A stretch of DNA of 32,000 bases from assembly GCF_014280175.1 (NCBI RefSeq), contig NZ_CP047931.1, positions 1,950,001 through 1,982,000 of the forward strand, read 5' to 3'. Position numbers and translations under genes: made by a program. Of the stretch, positions 27,165-32,000 are shown in pieces (positions within the stretch are counted from its first letter, which is position 1; the number at the start of each line of letters is the position of its first letter). Under the pieces are notes generated by a model. It searched no databases and was not told where the DNA came from. It worked only from the letters and a program-made list of their open reading frames with translations. Origin of the DNA: Synechococcus sp. A15-28 (GTDB taxonomy: Bacteria; Cyanobacteriota; Cyanobacteriia; PCC-6307; Cyanobiaceae).

Positions 27165-27341
27165 ATGACGATGGCCCAACACCCCGGCAACCACGGCCAC
27201 GCCGCCCTGGGGGGCGCCCCCCATGAACAGACCTGGGACGCCGTTGAGACCTATTTCGAGTGCATCACCACCTGCTCCCTTGATGACGGGGAATGCATCA
27301 CCCGCTGCGTCGATCAGCTGCGGGACAACGACGACGCCTGA
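27165..27341 (+). CDS. 58-aa His-rich twin-CX3C mini-protein
   Basis: I trimmed track ORF 27132-27341 to the ATG at 27165. GC3 is very high. The sequence is MTMAQHPGNHGHAALGGAPHEQTWDAVETYFE-CITTC-SLDDGE-CITRC-VDQLRDNDDA. Confidence 0.6.
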   Translation: MTMAQHPGNHGHAALGGAPHEQTWDAVETYFECITTCSLDDGECITRCVDQLRDNDDA

Positions 27342-28453
27342 GTAGCGAGATCCATGGGGGTCAGAGACACCGTGATGGTGGTGTCCCCCCGTCGGATCGA
27401 CAGGGTCAGCTCTTGTCCAACACCAATGCGTTCAATGGCGGCCACCACCTCCGTGGGGCTGGTGGTCGCCACACCATTGATCGCCGTGATCACGTCATCC
27501 GGTTTCAATCCGGCGGCAGCGGCAGGAGCACCGGGCTGAACGGAACGGATCACCGGGCCTTGAGGGCCAGACGCCAAGCCCACGCCGATCACTGGGTGGC
27601 TGGCGCGCCCCGTCTTGACAAGTTGCTGGGCGATGTTGCGTGCCCGGTTGATCGGAATGGCAAAGCCCAGACCAGCACCCGGACCTGAGCGGACCAGGGT
27701 GTTGATGCCGATGACCTCACCCTCCGCATTGAGCAGCGGGCCACCGGAGTTGCCCGGGTTGATCGCTGCATCGGTCTGAATCAGATCCAACCGCTTTCCG
27801 GAGATACCCAGCTGGGCCACGTTCCGGTTGAGGTTGCTGATGATGCCCATCGTCACGGTGTTTTCCAATCCGAAGGGATTGCCAACCGCAATTGCCCAGT
27901 CTCCCACCTTCAACCGATCAGAATCCCCCAGGGCGGCCGTCGGCCAGGGCCCCTTGCCCTCCAGCCGCACCACCGCCAGATCCGTGAGGCTGTCCTTCCC
28001 GACCACCTTGGCAGCAACGCTGCGCCCGTCGGTGAGCTCCACCCGCAGGGTGTCGGCCCCTTCCACGACATGGGCATTGGTCAGCAGCAGCCCCTCAGCG
28101 TCAAAGATCACACCGCTGCCCTGGCCTCGCTGCACCCGGGACCGCGGGGTTGCCGTGCCCGGAACGCCAAAGAAATGACGAAAGAGTGGATCCATCAGCA
28201 GCCCCCTCGGCAGGCCACTCATGCCAGAGCTGGTCACCGTTCGAGCCGTTTCCAACGTGACCACCGCCGGGCCGCTGCGCTCCACAGCTGCTGCAACGAA
28301 GGATTGGCGGGACAAACCTGCGGAGGAGGGCCTGGCCTGAACGGGGGCTGACACGGCCGCCCCTCCCTGAACGGTCAGGACACCAAGAGCGACCCCGCCG
28401 AGGAGCAGTGATGCCAGGGCTGAACAGGTCTTGGCAGGGGGAATCGACGTCAC
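27314..28453 (-). CDS. HtrA/DegP-family serine protease with a C-terminal PDZ domain
   Basis: 379 aa with a GTG start. It has an N-terminal signal/anchor, the catalytic triad contexts TNAHVV, DLAVV and GNSGGPLL, and a PDZ-like segment PGAPAAAAGLKPDDVITAINGV. Confidence 0.93.
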   Translation of the reverse strand: MTSIPPAKTCSALASLLLGGVALGVLTVQGGAAVSAPVQARPSSAGLSRQSFVAAAVERSGPAVVTLETARTVTSSGMSGLPRGLLMDPLFRHFFGVPGTATPRSRVQRGQGSGVIFDAEGLLLTNAHVVEGADTLRVELTDGRSVAAKVVGKDSLTDLAVVRLEGKGPWPTAALGDSDRLKVGDWAIAVGNPFGLENTVTMGIISNLNRNVAQLGISGKRLDLIQTDAAINPGNSGGPLLNAEGEVIGINTLVRSGPGAGLGFAIPINRARNIAQQLVKTGRASHPVIGVGLASGPQGPVIRSVQPGAPAAAAGLKPDDVITAINGVATTSPTEVVAAIERIGVGQELTLSIRRGDTTITVSLTPMDLATQASSLSRS

Positions 28454-28591
28454 GATCGCAGTGAATGCCGTCCTGACCGTAGGGAGTGTTTTCGGTCGCC
28501 ATCAAGGCCAAAACGGTCTGAGCTGTGACCAGGTGCAACCAACCCTGCCCTCGGCCCGTCAGGATGAGAAAGCTGGAGGTGCCGGCTCACG

Positions 28592-28849
28592 ATGCTCAAC
28601 TCTCTCTTCCCCCTGCTTTACGGCACGTTGTTTGTGGCCCTGCTCTGGCAAGCCTTCCGGGTCATGGGCAAGGGATTCCGCGCCGCCAGTGGCCCGATTG
28701 CTGAACCGAAGGATCGGACTGGACGCGTCACCGTGCACCCTGAGCTCCTGGACAACGAAGGCAAGATTACCGATGAAGCCCTGCTGACCGTGCGATTCAG
28801 CGGCGATGACGACACCTCAGGTGAAGCTGCAGGACCGGGCGCTGAATAA
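28592..28849 (+). CDS. Small N-terminally anchored conserved cyanobacterial protein (DUF2973-like)
   Basis: 85 aa. GGAGG lies about 12 nt upstream of the ATG. The N-terminal TM segment is LFPLLYGTLFVALLWQAF, and the C-terminus is acidic. The DUF assignment is from memory only. Confidence 0.6.
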   Translation: MLNSLFPLLYGTLFVALLWQAFRVMGKGFRAASGPIAEPKDRTGRVTVHPELLDNEGKITDEALLTVRFSGDDDTSGEAAGPGAE

Positions 28850-28907
28850 GTTGGTGCATTGATGCCGACTTCCGGCATCGACCAGGAAACGATCGGGGGA
28901 CGTCCGA

Positions 28908-29291
28908 GTGGATCAGAAAACACGCATCGTTGCTGCCGTGATCAAAGGGGTGAAACTGCCTCCCCGCTTCCGGCTGCGCCTGCTGAAGGAAGACCCCGTG
29001 CGGCTGGAGCTGAGCCTCACCCCCGCCTACGGCAAGGAGCCGGTGACGGTGGGGCTGGTGGAATCGTTGGACCTGGTGGCGCGACGCGATCGTGAGGGGC
29101 GCATCCCCCGGGACCTGCAGGGCACCTGGGACTGGACCGTGCGCCATGGCCAGGTGAGCACCGGTGGCTGGAATCCCTACCTGAAGGAAGCTCTTCAAAC
29201 AATGTTTGAAACCGGTCTGCCAGCCATTGTTTTCGAGGAATTGACCGGCGAGGAATATCACCCTGTGGATGGCACCCGACACGTGCGCTGA
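28908..29291 (+). CDS. Conserved hypothetical soluble protein
   Basis: 127 aa with a GTG start and GC3-rich codon usage. I recognise no motif. Confidence 0.6.
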   Translation: MDQKTRIVAAVIKGVKLPPRFRLRLLKEDPVRLELSLTPAYGKEPVTVGLVESLDLVARRDREGRIPRDLQGTWDWTVRHGQVSTGGWNPYLKEALQTMFETGLPAIVFEELTGEEYHPVDGTRHVR

Positions 29292-29390
29292 GGCACCGAG
29301 CCCTCGGAATGTGAAGGCGTGCGAATCACGACAGCCCCAACGCCCCAGCCGAGCTAGGACGGAACCAATTCGGCCTTTAAGGTTTTCTTC

Positions 29391-29495
29391 ATGGCCTCTC
29401 TCTCGACGTCCATGGGCCCGCTGGTCAGGCTGCTTGCAGCCCTTGGCGCCATCAGCAGTTTGCTGCTGATGGCGGTCCTTAATCTTGTGCGTTGA
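29391..29495 (+). CDS. Candidate 34-aa single-TM micro-protein
   Basis: This ORF is too short for the track. It reads ATG...TGA = MASLSTSMGPLVRLLAALGAISSLLLMAVLNLVR. I counted GC3 at about 25/34. Its stop overlaps the hrpB TTG start as TTGA. Confidence 0.3.
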   Translation: MASLSTSMGPLVRLLAALGAISSLLLMAVLNLVR

Positions 29496-32000
29496 CCCTC
29501 GAAGCCAGGCAAACGCCCTACCCGATCGATGCACTCCTGCCTGAGCTCTGCGACCAATTCCAGCCAGGTTGCACGCTGCTGCTGCAGGCCCCACCAGGCG
29601 CCGGAAAAACCACCCGGGTCCCCCTCGCCCTGATTGGAGCCCTCGCAGGCCAGCGCTGCCGAGAGGGACGGATCTGGATGATTGAGCCGCGACGGCTGGC
29701 GGCCCGGGCCGCTGCATCCCGCCTGGCATCAAGCCTGCAGGAACCGCTGGGAGAGCGCATCGGATTCGCCGTGCGCGGCGAACAGCGGCGGTCCGCCCGA
29801 ACCCAGGTGGAGGTCATCACCGACGGCCTGTTTCTGCGACGGCTGCAATCCGATCCCTCCCTCGAGGGGGTGAGCTGTGTGCTGTTTGACGAATTTCACG
29901 AACGGCGCCGCGATACCGACCTCGCCTTTGCCTTGCTGCGGGAAGCGGCCCCTCTGCTGCGGCCGGATCTGAGCCTGATGCTGATGTCAGCCACCCTGGA
30001 TATCGCCGACCTGCAGGCACGGCTGCCGGAGGCCACGCTGCTGACCAGTGAGGGACGGAGCCACCCGGTGGAGACCCTGCACCAACCCCCGCGGACCGAT
30101 GAACCCCTGGCGCAGCAAGTGCTCCGCGCCGTGGAGACCCATGCCCTCGATCTGCCGCGGGGCAGTGGCGTGTTGGTGTTTCTCCCAGGCCTGGCGGAGA
30201 TCGAGCGCTGCCGGGAACGGCTGGGCCACGCCAACGCCCTGCGGCACTGGCAGGTGTGTGCCCTCCACGGCCAGCTGCCCCTGGAACGCCAGAGCGAAGC
30301 CTTGAAATGCTGCCCCGCCGACCTGGACGGCAAGCTGGTGCTGGCCAGCAGCATCGCCGAAAGTTCGGTCACCATTGATGGGGTTCGGCTGGTGATCGAC
30401 AGCGGCCTCAGCCGGCAGCTGCGCTTTGACCCGAACACTGGAATGGAGGGATTGGAGACCGTTCCCGCCAGCCTCGCGAGCGCGGATCAACGGCGGGGCA
30501 GGGCCGGACGACAGGGCCCTGGCTGCTGCATCCGGCTGTGGTCTCCGGCCGAGCAACAACACCGACCCACGTTCAGTCCACCGGAACTGCTGCTGGCGGA
30601 CCCCCAACCGGTGGTGATGGAGCTGGCGGGATGGGGAGCTGGGCTGGGGGATGCCCTCCCCTGGCTGGATCCGCCACCGCAGGCCGCCCTGCGGGAAGGG
30701 CAAGGGGTGCTCAAGAGCCTCGGCATCCTCCACCAGGACGGACGCTTGAGCCCCATCGGCCAACAGCTGACGCAGCTGGGGGTGCACCCTCGGCTGGGCC
30801 TGTTGATGGTGGAGGCACAGCGCCATGGCTGCAGCCGCCTGGGGTGCGATCTGGCCGCCCTGCTGAGTGACCGGGATCCGCTGTCTGCCCCGGAGGTGGG
30901 CTGTGACCTGGGAGCCCGGCTTGAGGCCATGCAGCAGCAGAAACGCTGCAGGCCCCTGCGGGAGCTGAGCCGTCAACTGGAGCGACAACTGGCGCGCCTG
31001 GCGATTCCTCCAGACGAGGACAGCCAGGGCATCGACAGCGTCCAGCTGATCCTCACCGCGTTCCCCAACTGGCTGGCCTTGCAACGCCCTGGTCAATCGG
31101 GGCGCTATCGGCTGCGTCAGGGGCGTGGGGCCACCCTCCGTCCTGGGGACCCCCTTGACGGATCAGAGGCCTTGGCGGTGGCCAGATTGGACATGGGGCA
31201 ACGGGACACCAGGATTCAGCTGGCCCTGCCCCTCAGCCGCGAACGGATGGAACAGCTGGCCGTCGAACAAGGGGAATGGCTGGATCAGGTCGCCTGGGAT
31301 GACAACGCGGGACGGATCCGGGCTGAGCGGCAGCTGCGGCTGGGTGAACTGGTGCTTCGCCAGGAGGCACAACCGGCGCCCTCGACCGAGCAGTGTCGGG
31401 ATCTTCTCCTGAGCCGATTCAAGGAGTCCGAACGGCTTGAGCTGCTGCCCTGGACAGACGATTGCGAACAACTGAGGCGTCGCCTGGCGCTGGCGCACCG
31501 CCACATGGGGGCCTCTTGGCCCAAGCGGGACCGCAGAACGCTGCTTGAGGCTCCCGAACAGTGGCTTGGACCCTGCCTGGAAGGCTGCCTCAGCTGGAAA
31601 GACCTGGATGAAGGCAGCCTGCAGGAGGCCCTCTGGGGTGATCTGAGCTGGAGTCAGCGTCAGGACCTGAATCGGTTGCTGCCCCTGCGCCTGAGCATCC
31701 CCTCCGGCCGGGAAGCACGGCTCCGCTACGAAGAGGACGATGTGGTGCTTGCCGTCAAATTGCAGGAGATGTTTGGCTGCCAGGACGGCCCCACCGTTCT
31801 CGACAACCGACTGGCGGTGACGGTGGAGCTGCTCTCTCCTGCCGGCCGCCCCCTGCAGAGAACCCGTGATCTCGGCGGCTTTTGGCGCGGCAGCTACAGC
31901 GATGTGAGGCGCGAGATGCGGGGCCGCTATCCCAAACATCCCTGGCCGGACAACCCCCTGGAGGCCACAGCGACGGCCTACACCAAGCATCGGCCTGTTA
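29492..32000 (+). CDS. hrpB: ATP-dependent RNA helicase HrpB (DEAH-box). It is nearly complete, but the stop lies beyond the right edge.
   Basis: This is my own translation. It is absent from the track because no stop lies in the window. It reads (L)TLEARQTPYPIDALLPELCDQFQPGCTLLLQAPPGAGKTTRVPLAL..., with DEFHER at about 29890. The C-terminal motif FWRGSYSDVRREMRGRYPKHPWPDNP lies at about 31880-31960. The frame is open for 836 codons. The only start candidate after the upstream in-frame TAA (29480) is TTG at 29492. Confidence 0.92.
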   Translation, partial: MTLEARQTPYPIDALLPELCDQFQPGCTLLLQAPPGAGKTTRVPLALIGALAGQRCREGRIWMIEPRRLAARAAASRLASSLQEPLGERIGFAVRGEQRRSARTQVEVITDGLFLRRLQSDPSLEGVSCVLFDEFHERRRDTDLAFALLREAAPLLRPDLSLMLMSATLDIADLQARLPEATLLTSEGRSHPVETLHQPPRTDEPLAQQVLRAVETHALDLPRGSGVLVFLPGLAEIERCRERLGHANALRHWQVCALHGQLPLERQSEALKCCPADLDGKLVLASSIAESSVTIDGVRLVIDSGLSRQLRFDPNTGMEGLETVPASLASADQRRGRAGRQGPGCCIRLWSPAEQQHRPTFSPPELLLADPQPVVMELAGWGAGLGDALPWLDPPPQAALREGQGVLKSLGILHQDGRLSPIGQQLTQLGVHPRLGLLMVEAQRHGCSRLGCDLAALLSDRDPLSAPEVGCDLGARLEAMQQQKRCRPLRELSRQLERQLARLAIPPDEDSQGIDSVQLILTAFPNWLALQRPGQSGRYRLRQGRGATLRPGDPLDGSEALAVARLDMGQRDTRIQLALPLSRERMEQLAVEQGEWLDQVAWDDNAGRIRAERQLRLGELVLRQEAQPAPSTEQCRDLLLSRFKESERLELLPWTDDCEQLRRRLALAHRHMGASWPKRDRRTLLEAPEQWLGPCLEGCLSWKDLDEGSLQEALWGDLSWSQRQDLNRLLPLRLSIPSGREARLRYEEDDVVLAVKLQEMFGCQDGPTVLDNRLAVTVELLSPAGRPLQRTRDLGGFWRGSYSDVRREMRGRYPKHPWPDNPLEATATAYTKHRPV

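Noticed and set aside
28859-29095. A 78-aa plus-strand ORF overlapping the start of the 127-aa hypothetical gene, and a 7-bp hairpin at 28861-28879.
   Set aside because: The ORF product is Gly/Arg/Ala-rich and out of frame with the better-supported 28908-29291 gene. The hairpin lacks a T-run, so I do not call it a terminator.

Overview
High-GC cyanobacterial chromosome segment. Gene content and protein sequences look like a marine Synechococcus-type picocyanobacterium. I support about 31 tightly packed protein-coding genes. I found no rRNA, tRNA, CRISPR array, transposase or integrase. Left to right: a partial B12/radical-SAM gene sits divergent to a psbA copy of the stress (Glu-130, D1:2) type. 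Next come a small secreted protein and pgm. A minus-strand efflux operon follows (lipoprotein adaptor, RND pump, small 2-TM protein). Then a RarA ATPase with a long extra C-terminal domain, and a roughly 0.9 kb AT-rich islet carrying a stand-alone DUF1400-like secreted protein. After the islet: a pilin-like membrane protein, a PPTase, bcp, coaX and cysH. An 8 kb co-directional string follows (NDH-2-like oxidoreductase, hflX, an SLC13 permease with TrkA-C domains, ktrB, ktrA, anmK). A cluster of small genes at 24.1-25.3 kb holds an RHH regulator, a divergent Arg-rich protein, a Nif11-type leader peptide with essentially no core, and a 60-aa membrane peptide. The window ends with an ABC-F ATPase, a His-rich twin-CX3C mini-protein, an HtrA protease, two small conserved hypotheticals, a possible 34-aa membrane micro-ORF, and a nearly complete hrpB running off the right edge. 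Most of this is ordinary core genome. The items most worth a second look are the 24.1-25.3 kb small-gene cluster, the AT-rich islet, the roughly 80-residue hydrophobic insertion in the RND pump together with its coupled small protein, and the RarA C-terminal domain. All family assignments come from motif recognition by eye, and no database search was run.
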